From positions 71,612,001 to 71,676,000 of the forward strand of contig CM059432.1 in NCBI GenBank assembly GCA_030390025.1: a stretch of 64,000 nt of DNA. Reading direction: 5' to 3'. The position numbers and the translations under genes are program-made. Positions within the stretch are counted from its first letter, which is position 1. Each line of letters starts with the position of its first letter. Source of the stretch: Squalus acanthias (Eukaryota). The notes below the pieces were generated by a model that was given only the letters and a program-made list of their open reading frames with translations, did no database searches and was not told the DNA's origin. Below, in pieces: positions 45,586-58,859 of the stretch.

Positions 45586-47509
45586 ATGTTTCTATGCTTC
45601 TATAAAATGTGCATCCAGCGTTGTTAGGAGGGAAATTAAAGGTAATTGGCAACTCTGTCACTTGCATGCATAAGTTCAAGTTACACTTGTTGCACCAGAT
45701 ACGCAGTATTCATTTATCTAATTACCTAAAATAACCATGAATGCTGGGGATTCAAAATATAAAGGTAGAAATTACTATTGGGGCATTCTCATATAAATGC
45801 TCACTGCATTGTACCAAATTTCTCTTTGTGCTATTTAATATAATTGATAACTCAAGCTGGAAAAACATACAAGAATTAAATGAGTCATTTATCACTATTG
45901 TCCCCTGACTACAATGGCAATTTGGGGCTCTTTACACTCAAGGATAGCAGATAATTAAAATAAAATAATATAGTATATATTCACATTTATACCACCTCTG
46001 AATTTCCCATTCTGGTGTTGTTGGCCTAATTCACACAGACCATGTGGTAAACCCATACTATCCATAATTTATCCTCTCACATTTATTTTGTACGGTATAT
46101 TTTCTAACTCTGACATTAGAAAATGTCCTGCGCCATGTTAGGTTGCACTTACAGTGCGAATGAGAAGACCATACACAATGAGAAACTATAAATGTGACTC
46201 AGCAGTTAGATTTGTTTATGCCAATGCAAAATCTACAGATACTTAACTGTGCATGTGAAATTTAAAAATATGTAATTTTCAGAAGCTATATTAATTTTAT
46301 AGAAAATAAAACAGCCAGTTCTGATGAATTAATAAGGTGTATAAACCTTTGTGGCTTTGGAATGGTATGTCACTCATAAATGTCATGCTTAGCCTCATAA
46401 CGAAGTCAGGACTGTATGTTTTGTTAGAATTCTCTCTGACTGGCCATTATTCATTGTAAGATCCCAGAAACCTAAAATGACACACAAAGTTATTTAGAAA
46501 GCTATAATCACTGACCATTTTTCATGCCATGCTTTTGACAGAATAATTTGTGTTATATATGACTTTTAGGGTTGAGCATTAATTTTACAATTTAAAAGAA
46601 AAATAGCGTATTTCATTACCTCAGGTTCCTATTCTTATCAAACAGTGAGGTTTTAAATGCTACAATTACTCTTTATCTCAAAACTGTTTGCTTGTTTGAA
46701 ATACTGAATCTATTATATGCCATCTTTGAACTCAAAGAGACTAAAATCATCCCCTGTTATCCAGGGGGAGATCAGTTGGAAGCAGTAATGAATACTTTGT
46801 TGACTGGTTGTATATTTTTTTCCAGCTTGAGCAATCACCTTCTCAAACCTGAAGGCAATGTGAAGCATAGATATATTCTTGTGACAGTTCTACTAAATGA
46901 AATTGTCAGTCTTTATTCACCTCTGACTTTAGTAAATGATGCCCTTTTCCACTTGATTGCCCACTGAGAAGAAATATAAGAGGCACTTATTTTTAATAGC
47001 TCAACCACTCTGTGTCTTTTGCAGACTCTGCGTTGATACCCAGATTTACCCGATCAAAAAGCTGTGAAATCAAATAACTTGAACTGAATATAAGATATAA
47101 CATCACAATGTTTAGGAGCATACCGACTCTATTATGCTCTTTTATTTTTGAAAAAAGTATTTTGATTTCTTCTGACTTTTGTGTTACAAAGGAACACTCT
47201 TTATGCAGTAATGCTTGTATACTATTACAGTTATTGGTAAATAGTTACTGCAATTCACTTCGGCTCTGATTACTGCTAATTCCTATTGATTACTATTAGT
47301 TAAAAGCATCACAACAGAAATACATAATCAGCAATTAAATCAATAAGTTAAAGGCTGAAAGCACCAAAAAGTGAAATTACTCTTGCCTCAAATTTTTGTG
47401 TGCTAAACATGGCTGCTTTTTAAGCCCATTTGAATGTTCAGGTATAAACTGTCATACATCTTCTGCTATAAGTGAAGGTTATTTATAGAATTATTTTAAT
47501 TCAAAATAA

Positions 47510-47728
47510 AGCAGGGGAGTTATCCCCAGTGTCCTGGCCAATATTTATCCCTCCATCAACATCACTAAAACAGATTATCTGGTCATTATCACATTGCTGT
47601 TTGTGGGAGCTTACTGTGTGTTTCCTACATTATAACAGTGACTATACTTCAAAATACTTCATTGCCTGTAAAGTTCTTTGGGACATCCTGAGGTTGTGAA
47701 AGGCACTATATAAATGCAAGTCTTTTTC
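47510..47728 (+). mobile_element. Deu-domain-like SINE body with L2-type tail
   Basis: gtgtcctggccaatatttatccctc..cagattatctggtcattatcacattgctgtttgtgggagctt..ctatataaatgcaag resembles AmnSINE1/SacSINE1 cores (from memory, not searched). Confidence 0.65.
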
Positions 47729-47791
47729 TATTTTATTACTTTGCTATAATCATAAAAATGTTTTAGAATTTGTTAATGATGTATGATTTTT

Positions 47792-48623
47792 ACATTACAT
47801 AGGATTACATAGGATATACGGCACAGAAACAGGCCATTCGGCCCAACAAGTCCGTGCCGGCGTTTATGCTCCACTCGAGTCTCCTCCTGTCTTTCCTCAT
47901 CTAAATCTATCAGCATAACCCTCTATTCTCTTCTCCCTCATATGCTTGTCCAGCCTCCCTTTAAATGCATCTATACTATTCGCTTCAACCACTCCCTGTG
48001 GTAGCGAGTTCCACATTCTCACCACTCTTTGGGTAAAGAAGTTTCTTCTGAATTCCCTATTGGATTTCTTGGTGACTATCTTATATTGATGGCCTCTAGT
48101 TATGCACTTCCTCACAAGTGGAAACATTCTCTCTGTAGCCACATTCTCTTGGTATCCACTCTATCAAAACCTTTCATAATTTTAAAGACCTCTATTCGGT
48201 CACCCCTCAGCCTTCTTTTTTCAAGAGAAAAGAGACCCAGCCTGTTCATCCTTTCCTGATAGGTATACCCTCGCATTTCTGGTATCATCCTTGTAAATTT
48301 TCTCTGCACCGTCTCCAGTGCCTCTATATCTTTTTTATAATATGGCGACCAGAACTGCATGCAGTTCCCCAAGTGTAGTCTAACCAAGGTTCGATACAGG
48401 TTTAGCATAACTTCTCTACTTTTCAATTCTATCCCTCTAGCAATAAACCCGAGTGCTTGGTTTGCTTTTTTTAAGGCCTTGTTAACCTGTGGCGCAACTT
48501 TTAATGATTTGTGTATTTGTAGTCTGAGATTCCTTTGTTCCTCTACCCCACCTAGACTCGCACCCTCCAAGTGATAAGTGACCTCCCTATTCTTCCTAAC
48601 AAAATGTAATACCTCACATTTAT
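47792..48623 (-). mobile_element. CR1 3' fragment, same subfamily as 17322-18915
   Basis: Near-identical protein (ORFs 48112-48570, 47897-48142) and (ATCCTATGTA)n tail. Confidence 0.92.
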
Positions 48624-48624
48624 T

Positions 48625-49252
48625 TGGAGTAGAGTGAGGGTGTGATTGGGGGGAGTGAGGGAGTGATTGGGGGGAGTGAGGGAGTGATTGGGGGAGTGAG
48701 GGAGTGATTGAGGAGTGAGGGAATGATTGAGGAGTGAGGGAGTGATTGGAGGAGTGAGGGAGTGATTGGAGGAGTGAGGGAGTGATTGGAGGAGTGAGGG
48801 AGTGATTGGAGGAGTGAGGGAGTGATTGGGGGGAGTGAGGGAGTGATTGGGGGGAGTGAGGGAGTGATTGGGGGAGTGAGGGAGTGATTGGGGGAGTGAG
48901 GGAGTGATTGGAGTGAGGGAGTGATTGGGGGAGTGAGGGAGTGATTGGGGGAGTGAGGGAATGATTGGGGGAGTGGGAGTGATAGGGAGAGTGAGGGAGT
49001 GATTAGGGGAGTGGGGGAGTGAGGGAGTGATGGGGGAGTGAGGGAGTGATTGGGGGAGTGGGGGAGTGATGGGGGAGTGAGGGAGTGATTGGGGGAGTGA
49101 GGGAGTGATTGGGGGAGTGAGGGAGTTATTGGGGGGAGTGATTGGGAGAGTGAGGGAGTGATTGAGGGGAGTGAGGGAGTTATTGGGGGGAGTGAGGGAG
49201 TGATTGGAGGAGTGAGGGAGTGATTGGGGTGAGTGAGGGAATGATTTGGGGG
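48625..49252. repeat. G-rich minisatellite, ~19-20-bp unit gagtgagggagtgattgggg
   Basis: Roughly 30 variable copies. Confidence 0.95.
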
Positions 49253-49693
49253 ATACGGTAGCCTTAGTTATGGTACTAGACTAGAAGGTCATTATAGTCA
49301 CCAAAGTTTAAAAATCATTTTCTAACTGGAAAGATTTTAAAGAGACATATCTCTTATAATTTCCCATATTAATATGCTGGCTTTAGCTATGATACATGAA
49401 GGATAAAACCCAAAAAAAACATAATCTTTACAGATTGTACCTTCAATTAATTAATTTGGAGTATCTCTCTGATAATGATTGTTCAATGGAAGTACAGCTT
49501 GAAAGCATAAATTCCCACTGATTTCATGATAAAATGCACCTTATGGTGTTGTGCTAAGGAATACAGACCAGAAAGGTCCCAAATAATATCTCCAGTCTTT
49601 GCCAAGTTAATTGATACATCGTGGGTAGCAGTCATGATGCGGATCTACAATTGACTTTACATGTCCCAAGGATAAGGAGAGGAAAAATCCACT

Positions 49694-50251
49694 GGGGGAA
49701 TTTTTCGGGGGGTCAGCGGGCACCTTTGGTGGCAGGTCGGGTGGGAAATTTTATTTTTTGACAGCGGGTAGGGAACCTGCTGTCAACCCACCTCCACGTT
49801 AGTTTTCTAGATGTCGAGTCTGTTATCGCTGAATAGACCCTAACCCAAGCGGCAGGGGAGGCAATTTAAATTATTAAGAGGCTGTTAACAGGCACTTAAA
49901 AAATATTTTAAGCTCAGCTTTAGATTTTAAGGGCTGAATTTTGAATGACCCATGGAGTCGTGTTTGGAGGCGTGTGGGGGGTTAAATTTGCGGGGTCGGG
50001 GTTTCCGACTCCATCCCGCCTCCACGCAATTTTGACAAAATCAGTAGTTTAACCCTTTTCTGACGTGAAGCACGCCTGGTGTGAAACACTCCAGTGAAAC
50101 CTGGCGGGAGCACAAGTGGATAGCTGACTATCAGCTGCAGGTCCACTATTACAACGGAGATGTGATGAGGGTAGTAGTAGTATTAGGTGTGAAAGTCGCC
50201 TCTGATACTGCTACATTCAATGTCATGGCATTTGGTGTAAGAGGACTTGGA

Positions 50252-50284
<33 letters not shown>

Positions 50285-52051
50285 GCATCCAGGTCCACTT
50301 ACATCAGAAGCAATGCAGACAGGTCCTCTCTCACCAGTAGCCAGACAATCTCTGAGAGCAGGCAGTCAGCAATGATGACATCATCAGAGGCGGGTTTCAG
50401 ACTGAAACCACTAATTCGTTCATGGGTTCCCACATGCTGCAACTCAATTGCACAATTAAGTGAAAATTGCATCAGGCATCCACATTAATCTGGAGTCGGG
50501 GGGGAACACGAAATGCAGATTACACGACCCCAACCCGACCCCAAGACAAAATCCAGCCCTAAGAGTTCGCCCATGGCTTCCCCACTGCTTGGGAATCACA
50601 TCAGGTAAGGAGGTCAGGAGTTGTGTCAGCATGGGATGATTTCTTAACTTGACAGCTGCAAATGTTCTATAAAAGCTACCATTTCATAGCTGTTCACTTT
50701 CCAAGGTTAGAAGCTGTTGCTTACTGCATTTGGAAGACAGATTGAGCTTTATGCAACTTGCAAGTGTTTGGAGCAAACTCTGTATCCAGTGTCACCTCAT
50801 TGGAACAACCTCTCTCACCATTGACAGATTGCTTCTGTCATCTCAACTTCACCTGCCATCTATTCTATCAGCACTGGTGCCCTTGAAACTATCTCACCTT
50901 GGTCCTCAGAATGCCACCAGAATCAGCCTCAACACCAGCAGCACCAACAACACCAACCTTCTCTGCAATCAACTGATGCTGCACAGGACACAAGGCATCA
51001 GCACCCGACCACATTGTTGCCCGGGGTCGCCAGGGATGGTCTCACCATAGCCAGGTTTACTTCACTTGAAGCTGTACACCCTGATGCGCCAGATTGGCAC
51101 CACCCCACACCAACACCATAAAGCATCCCTACAATGCCCAAGCCATTCCTTTCACACTCATCGCCATTGCTGGGGGTACCATTATGTCTCACCATTCACT
51201 GCAACTCACCAAGCCACTTCTAAAGTACACACAAATCTTTCCAAGATGCAAAGTGTTGAAAATAAAGATTTCAATGTTTGACAGCACATTAACAGAAACT
51301 TCACGTGAACATTGGCTAAAACACCCAAGTGCCTACCCTTGTGTGTTGTTACTTGGTATGATTGGACTAGGATCAGGGTGAGTGTGAGGGGTGGCTAGTG
51401 AGATGGGGAAGTAATAATGTAGATAGAGAGGGATGGGTGGAGGTGCAAAGTAAGTTGGTGTGAGTAAGGATGTGAAAGAGTAGTGTAGGGAAGGCAGAGT
51501 GATGGGAATGTGATGAGTGGCACAGCAGGATGAGGTTGAGTGTGGCTTTGCAGTAATGTTTCGTGATCTACTGAGATCATTGAAAGGTTTGCGCCACTGC
51601 AGCCAGGGACCCCTGATGACATCCCTGCTTGTGTCCTCCTCTGCAAGGTGCAACCAGACTGTTTTGATCTCCTGGGGAGGTCTCCTCCACCCATTGGAAG
51701 GAAAGAGGACCTCCCTGTGTGCTGTGACTCTATAAGCATATGGAGGGAGTCATGGGAGAGCCTGCAGTGATTGTCAGTGTTTGCAGCACCTCAATGCTGT
51801 AGAACACTGACAGCACAACTGCCAAAATCAATTTGCGCATGGTCCCTTTAAGGAAACCGGCTGATAACACGTCATCAAGTCATGCCATCAGACCCTCTTC
51901 CTTCAATTGGCCGGGAAACACGCTGGGCGAGCTTAACAAGCCCAATCAGCGTAAGATCACTTTGGACAGCATGCTGGGGCCAGCAGCGGGGTGTAACCCC
52001 GCCAACCACCCCAGCCGCACCGGACCCGTCGAGGTAGGCAAAATCGTGGCC
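49694..52051. mobile_element. Internally deleted Harbinger element (Myb remnant on - at ~51500-51770)
   Basis: WLQWRKPFNDLSRS motif; ends gggggaattttt / gcaaaatcgtggcc, both flanked by ACT; TIR match is weak. Confidence 0.6.
49931..50559. mobile_element. Harbinger (Tourist-like) MITE nested in the 49694 element
   Basis: TIRs GGGCTGAATTTTG / CAAAATCCAGCCC (12/13); TSD TAA; internal (CT)n. Confidence 0.88.
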
Positions 52052-52569
52052 ACTGGGTTTCAAATTCCAACTGTTGTCTAGCAACTTGTGACCCATGTTA
52101 TCATATATGAATATTGTTGTCTAAAAGAGAGACAGAAAGTCGTGCTTTGGTTTTCTTCCTCCTGACATATAAATGACAAATGCAATCCTTATGCTTGGTA
52201 CCTATTCAATTTTCTTTGCGCTACTTGTCGATTTGATTGAGCCTATTGATGGAAAATTTTGAATGTAGGGAATAAATTTGTTGACAAATTTCAGTGCAGT
52301 TTGCATGCTATCTTTTGTATATAGCACTGATTATACATTTTTGTAAACAGCAAATCACTGCTGCTGTCAATATTTGTACTGAACATCAGTGATGGTGCTG
52401 CATTAAATACCTCGTCATTCGCACCATTAGGACAGTAAGGTGGTGTCTTTGTTATTTACTCCAAAAATTAAAGTATCAATTGTGCTGTAGCAGTTTTGGA
52501 GAAAACTGGAGATATAAATCAACACAGATCAGAGATCAAATGAGGAGATTTCAGTTTTTGTGATGCCAC

Positions 52570-53475
52570 TCAACCTCTCCAATCCAGAAAGGAAACTATT
52601 TAAACTGTGGAGTCTCATTCCTAAATTGTTGTTCGAGATTTAAAAAAAAAAAAAATCTTTTCTTACTTTTACTTTCTGTCTTTTTTCTCTCTTTCTTAAT
52701 CAAATCTTTCTTTCCTTTTCATTTTTCTCTTTCTGTACCTGATTGGACTCTAATTCACCCTCATTCTCTGTCGTTCTTCTGTTCCTTCCTCAATACTTAA
52801 ATATCATTGGTGAAGGAGATAAACTGTTAGCCCCATCCTTCACTAAGGTCCCAGATGTCCCATTGCCCTGAGCTCGCACTTCCAACAGTTTACAGGGCAA
52901 AAAAATTTCAAGCTGAAGGGTGAGGTGAAAAGTCTTACGAATGGAGCAAGCCACGAGATGCCCCGCTCCAGCAAAATCTGGGCCAATGTGTTTGGTGCCA
53001 ATTCTATGTCATTTTAATTTTATGGCATTAATTCACGCTATAATATAATGCTATAATATAATGGCCTGGATTTTGCTGTGAGCGGCGAAGGAATGGCTTT
53101 CACTGTTCACCTCGCATATGGTTTCCCACAGACTTTTAGCAGGCTTGTCAGCGCAGATTTCTATTAATCCACTGTCAGCTTGAATTTGGTGCCCTCTGCA
53201 GGGGATCAGTGGTGTCTGTCAAGCAGCACGGAGACTTCTTAACCGATCAGATTGCAGAATCCTCACAGAGCAAAGCAGGAAGTAAAAAACAGGAAATATA
53301 AATTACATTTAAATCAAGTGAAATAAAGATTGGGACATACACATGGGATTAAGGGAACTGCATAAAAAAGCAAAACAGGAAAACTATTTTTTAATCTGCA
53401 ACATTAATTTTCTTCTGAGGGAATGAGACTCCACACTTATCAAATTAATTTTTCAGGGCCATAGAGGTTGTTCAG
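52570..53475. mobile_element. Two head-to-head decayed copies of a MITE-like element (52570-52984 -, 53063-53475 +)
   Basis: Ends gcaaaatctgggcc and ggcctggattttgc; shared internal ggaatgagactccaca..gaggttg in opposite orientations. Confidence 0.55.
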
Positions 53476-53477
53476 CA

Positions 53478-53663
53478 GACTCTTAACTGCCTTCTGAAAT
53501 GGCCTAGAAAGCTATTCAGTTGTATCAAAACCACTACGACTTTCATCACGGGGACTGCGGCGGTTCAAGAAGGCAGCTCACCACCACCTTCCATCGAGGC
53601 AATTAGGGATAGGCAATAAATGCTGGCCTTGCAGTGACGGCCACATCCCATAAATGAATAAAA
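53478..53663 (+). mobile_element. SINE-like piece joining the leader and the 3' tail of the second LINE family
   Basis: gactcttaactgcc..tcagttgta (=19095-19141) followed by ggactgcggcggttcaagaaggc..aataaatgctggcc (=LINE tail). Confidence 0.75.
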
Positions 53664-53972
53664 TCAATATATCTCTTATTATGCTGTTAAAAACTCAGCT
53701 ACTAATGATTCCATAAGCTTTAACTTTTCCATCTATATTTAGTCTCTGCACAGAGTGTCTTAAACGTAGTGCACTTAAACAGAATGTTGAACTTGGGAAT
53801 TTGGAGAGAGTGGGAATTTGGAGCAGAGGGGGAAGGAGTTGTTGCTTTTTGCTGCCAATACTTGGAGTGCTTTGTGTTACAGGTAAAAATTTAATTTCAT
53901 CTATCCAGAGCTTAAACTAGATCGAGTAATTGGTTAAAAACTAAACTGTAGCCTAAGTTAATTAAATACATT

Positions 53973-54701
53973 GGGGGAAAAATTCGGTTGCTTTGCGCCT
54001 CCCGTTAGCACCCTAAGAGGGCGCTAACGGGGCGCAGAGCAACTAGCGCCCGGGCGCGGTGCCGCCAACGCCTCCCGCGAAATTTGGCGGGAGGTTAGCG
54101 GCGGCGGTAACCGGTAGCACCCCATGGCGCTGCGCCGCCGGAGATGACATCATCGCTGTGCGCAGCACCCTGCTCGTGCCCCGGCCGCGATCTTCGGTAG
54201 CGCCCCCTGACTTACTGCCGGACGCTATGTCCGACGGGGTCATGGGGGCCTACCTGTGGCTGGGCGGCGTTAATTAAAGGTGAGGTGCTGGGTGGCCATT
54301 TTTGTTGCTGGCCGCCTGCCAGCACCTGCCCCCGTTGCCGTCCCCGGCCTCCTCTGCAGCCCCCCTGCGGAGTGCCAGCTGCGCTCCGTGAGCCCGGCAC
54401 TTCTCTTGAGTGCTGGGCTCTTTTGCCGGCACGCCGATCCCTGGTGGCCCAGCTGGGCCCCGGGTCGCACTGCACAAGGCCCCTCCCCTTTAAGAAGGGG
54501 AGGAAGGCCTGCAATACTGTGGCACGTAGGGCCACGATATTCCCTCGCAGCGCCCCAAGAGGGAAGCGTAGCTTCTAGTAGCGCCTCGCTTCCCTCTTGG
54601 GGTGCTACCGATGAATTTTGGCTGCGGGGGCACTAATTTTTTCGGGACACTAAAAGTAGCGAAGTTAGCGCCCAAAGTGGGCGCGACTTAATTTTTCCCC
54701 C
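53973..54701 (+). mobile_element. Harbinger-type MITE family B, copy 2, in the CR1 5' UTR
   Basis: GGGGGAAAAATT ... AATTTTTCCCCC; TSD ATT/ATA. Confidence 0.9.
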
Positions 54702-54745
54702 ATAAACTTTAATTAACTAAATAATTAAAACAATGTTATAAAGGG

Positions 54746-55684
54746 ATGGCAGTGCAGGTGGTGTGCCGCAACTGCAGCATGTGGGAGGTGGTGGAGAGCA
54801 TTGTGATTCCGGATGATCACATCTGCAGTAAGTGTCTGCAACTCGAGGAACTTCAGCTCAGAGTTATTGAGCTGGAGTCCGAGGTGCAGACATTGTGTGG
54901 CATCAGGGAGGGAGAGAGTTATCTGGACACTTTGATCCAGGAGGCAGTCACACCCTTTAGGTTAGGTAGTGGTACAGGTCTGGTTAGTGGTCAGGGACAG
55001 GAGGGTGTGACTGAAACTCAGGCAGGTAAGGGGACCCCAGGTGCAGTGCTGAAGGAGCCTCGGCCTTTGCCCTTATCCAACAGGTATGAGGTTCCTGCTG
55101 CCTGTGTGGATGAGGGCAGAGTCTGCAGGGTGGATGAACAAACTGACCACGGCAACATGGGGGGAGTGAAAAGGAATGTTGTAGTGGTAGGGGACAGTAT
55201 AGTCAAGAGGATAGATACTGTTCTCTGCAGCTGCGATCGGGAGATCTGAAGGCTGTCTTGCCTGCCCGGTGCCAGGGTTAAGGATATCTCCTCACAGCTG
55301 GAGAAGAATGTGAAGTGAGAGGGGGAGGATCCAGTTGTCGTGGTCCATGTAGGAACCAACAACATAGGTAGAACTAGGAATGAGGTTCTGCTGAGAGAGT
55401 TTGAGGAGCTAGGGTCCAAATTAAAAAGCAGAACCTTAAAGGTAATAAATTTTGGATTGTTACCTGAACCACATGCAAATTGGCATAGGAACAAGCAGAT
55501 CAGAGAGTTAAATGTGTGGCTCAAAGAGTGGTGTAGAAGGAAAGAGTTGGTATTCATGGGGCACTGGCACCAGTACGGCAGAAAGAGGGAGCTGTTCCAT
55601 TGAGACGGGCTCTGCTTAAACCGGACTGGGACCAGTGTCCTGGCGAATCGAATAACTAGGGCTGTAGATAGGGCTTTAAACTAA
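54746..55684 (+). pseudogene. CR1 ORF1 (Cys-rich zinc finger, leucine zipper, SGNH esterase-like)
   Basis: CRNCSMWE..HICSKCLQLEELQLRVIELE; VVVGDSIV; HVGTNNIGR; internal stops. Confidence 0.85.
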
Positions 55685-58120
55685 AAAGGGAGGGGAGGGG
55701 TCAGGTGAGGGAAAATTTAGAAATCTAAAGAGAAAAGTCAAGGCAATGGAGCAGTGTAACGATTTGGGTAAAGATAAGCAGTGTGTGACAGGAAGGAACA
55801 GAGAGTGTAAAGGTAATCGTGCATCAGCAAATAAGGTGAAAGCAGGGAATAATGATAAAAGGTTAAAACCAAAGGCTCTTTAATGAAGCATTCATAACAA
55901 GGTAGACAAATTAGTGGCACAAATAGTGATAAATGGGTATGATCTAATAGCCATTACTGAGACATGGTTGCAAGGTGACCAGAGTTGGGAACTAAATATT
56001 CCAGGGTACTTGACATATCAAAAAGATAGGCAGACCGGAACAGGAGGAGGTTGGGGGGGGGGGGGAGGTGGAGTTAGCCCTGATAATTAAGGATGACATA
56101 AGGACAGTAGTGAGAAAGGGTCTTGGCTCAGAAGATAAGGAAGTAGCATCAGTATGGGTGGAGATAAGAAATAACAAGGGGCAGAAAACAGTGGTGGGAG
56201 TAGTTTATAGACCTCATAACAGCAGCTATAGCATTGGACAGAGTATTAATCAAGAAATAATAGGAGCTTGTATAAAGGTAATACAGTAAACATGGGGGAC
56301 TTTAATCTGCATATAGATTGGACAAATCAAATAGTCTGGAGGACGAGTTCATGGATCGTATTCGAGACAGTTTCCTAGAACAATACATCATGGAACCAAC
56401 TAGGGAACAGTCTATTTTAGATCTTGTTTTGTGTAATGAGACAGGGTCAATTAGTAATCTCATAATAAAGGATCCTCTGGGGAAGAGTGATCATAATATG
56501 ATACCATTTCACATTGAGTTTGAAAGTGACATTCTTAAGTCCAACACTAGAGTCTTAAACTTAAACAAAGCCAATTGCATAGGTATGAGGGGTGAGTTGG
56601 CTAAGGTAGATTGGGAAATTAGATTAAAAGGTATGATGGTAGAAAGGCATTGGCAAACATTTAAAGAAATATTCCGAAATTCTCAATGAATATACATTCC
56701 ATTGCAAAATAAAAACTCCACAGAGAAAGTGATCCATCCGTGGCTAACTAAAGAAGTTAAAGATAGTATTAGAGTAAAAGAAGAGGATAATGTTGCAAAG
56801 AATAGTAGTAAGCCTGAAGATTGGGAGAGCTTTAGAAACCAGCAAAGGATAACCAAAAAATTGATTAAAAGGGAGAAAATAGAATGAGAGTAAATGAGCA
56901 AGAAATATAAAAACAGATTGCAAGAGCTTCTACAAGCATGTAAAAAGGAAGAGAGTAGCAAAAGTAAGCATTGGTCCCTTAGAGGCTGAGACAGGAACAA
57001 TTATATTGGGGGAAAAGGTAATGGCAGAGGCTTTAAACAAATATTTTGTATCTGTCTTCACAGTAGAAGACACAAAATGTATACCAAAAATAGTGGGGAA
57101 CCAAGGGGCTAATGAGAGTGAGAAACTTAAAGAAATTAATATCAGTAGAGAAAAAGTACTTGAGAAATAATGGGACTAAAACCCAACAAATCCCCTGGAC
57201 CTGATGGCTCACATCCTTGAGTTCTAAAAGAGGTGGCTGCAGAGATGATGGTTGTGATCTTCCAAAATTCCCTAGATTTAGGAACGATCCCAGAGGATTG
57301 GAAAGTAGCAAATGTAACCCCACTACTCAAGAAAGGAAGGAGAGAGAAAACAGGGAACTACAGGCCAGTTAGCCTGACATCAGTCGTCAGGAAAATGCTG
57401 GAATTCATTATGAAGAAAGTGGTAACAGGGTGCTTAGAAAATCATAATAAGATTAAGCAGAGTCAACATGGTTTTATGAAATGTAAATCATGTTTGACAA
57501 ATTTATTAGTTTTTTGAGGATGTAACTAGCAGGGTAGATAAAGGGGAACCAGTGGATGTTGTATATTTGGATTTCCAAAAGGCATTCGATAAGGTGCCAC
57601 ATAAAAGGTTGTTAAGCAAGATAAGGGCAGATGGCATTGGGGGTAATATATTAGCATGGATAAAGGATTGGTTAACAGACAGAAAACAGAGAGTAGGGAT
57701 AAATGGGTCATTTTCAGATTGGCAGGCTGTAACTAGTGGGATGCCACAAGGATCAGTGGTTGGGCCTCAGCTTTTTACAATCTATATTAATGACTTAGAT
57801 GACTGGACCGAGTGCAAGTTTGCTGAGGATGCAAAGCTAGGTAGAAAAGCAGTGAGGAGGATGCAAAGAGCCTGCAAAGGGATATAGGCAGGTTATGTGA
57901 ATGGCCAATAAGGTGGCAGATGGAGTATAATGTGAGGAAATGTGAGGGTATTCACTTCGTAGGAAGAATAGAAAAACAGAATATTTTTTAAATGGTGAGA
58001 AACTATTAAATATTGCTATTCAGAGAGATTTAGCTGTCCTAGTACAAGAAACACAGAGGGGGGCGTTAACAGGGCGCTACCAGCTTTGCGACCAGGCGCG
58101 GCGAGAAAGACGTTTTGCAG

Positions 58121-58530
58121 TGAGTTCAACAATTTCAGATCATAACCTCTGCTCCCATTTTTTCGGACAGTAGGTGCTGATTCTGCTATTCCCATTCACA
58201 TCTCTTCTAGCCACACCTTTTCTTTACTTGTCCAACTACCACCCCCTTTTGCCTTGCACCATAATCCCTTTTGTCATTTAATCTCTCCTGCCTTGCACCC
58301 TATCACAGACCTTCCCTTTTGTTCTTTCCTCCCATCCCCCCTTCCCTGTCTCTGTGCTTGCTTAAAACCTGTTACATCTGTAACATTTTCCAGTTCTGAT
58401 GAAAGGTCATCAACTGGAAACGTTAATTCTGTTTCTCTATCCACAGATGCTGCCTGACCTGCTGAGTATTTCCAGCATCTTCTGTTTTTAATTTAGATTT
58501 CTAGCATCCGGAGTATTTTGCTTTTGTGCT
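58121..58530 (+). mobile_element. Penelope-like 3' terminal region
   Basis: Begins gagttcaacaatttcagatcataac, as found downstream of the GIY-YIG remnant at 1180; contains a hammerhead-like motif. Confidence 0.7.
58391..58431 (+). ncRNA. Degenerate minimal (type I) hammerhead ribozyme motif
   Basis: CTGATGA 58396-58402, GAAA 58417-58420, then CGTTA; stem II does not pair well in this copy. Confidence 0.55.
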
Positions 58531-58859
58531 AGACAGTTGGGAATTTGAAAGTGCAGTTGTAAGTGAATTGGGAGAGAATGTTTTTCCAGGGGTGGACCAC
58601 AGAAGGAAGTAGGGTTTGGAGGGGGAAGGGGTTGTGGGTGGAGAGTGATACAAGGAAGTGATCAGAGATGGCCTTATCTGTGATTGACATGATGGAAGTA
58701 GCTGGGCCACGTGAGATGGCAAGGTCAAAGGGGTGGGCGTGAATAGGGGTTGGGGAATTAGTCCTGGCAAAGTAACAATCTTGACAATCACCATACTCAG
58801 GCTTCTCATAGTTCAGTTACGCTGAAATAAAGTCAGCATGTGTGTCAGAAATATTTTTA

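Larger units (their letters stand above)
53780..58057 (+). mobile_element. Near full-length decayed CR1 LINE (5' UTR, ORF1, ORF2 into RT; 3' end missing)
   Basis: ORF1 and ORF2 fragments in order, with multiple stops. Confidence 0.9.
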
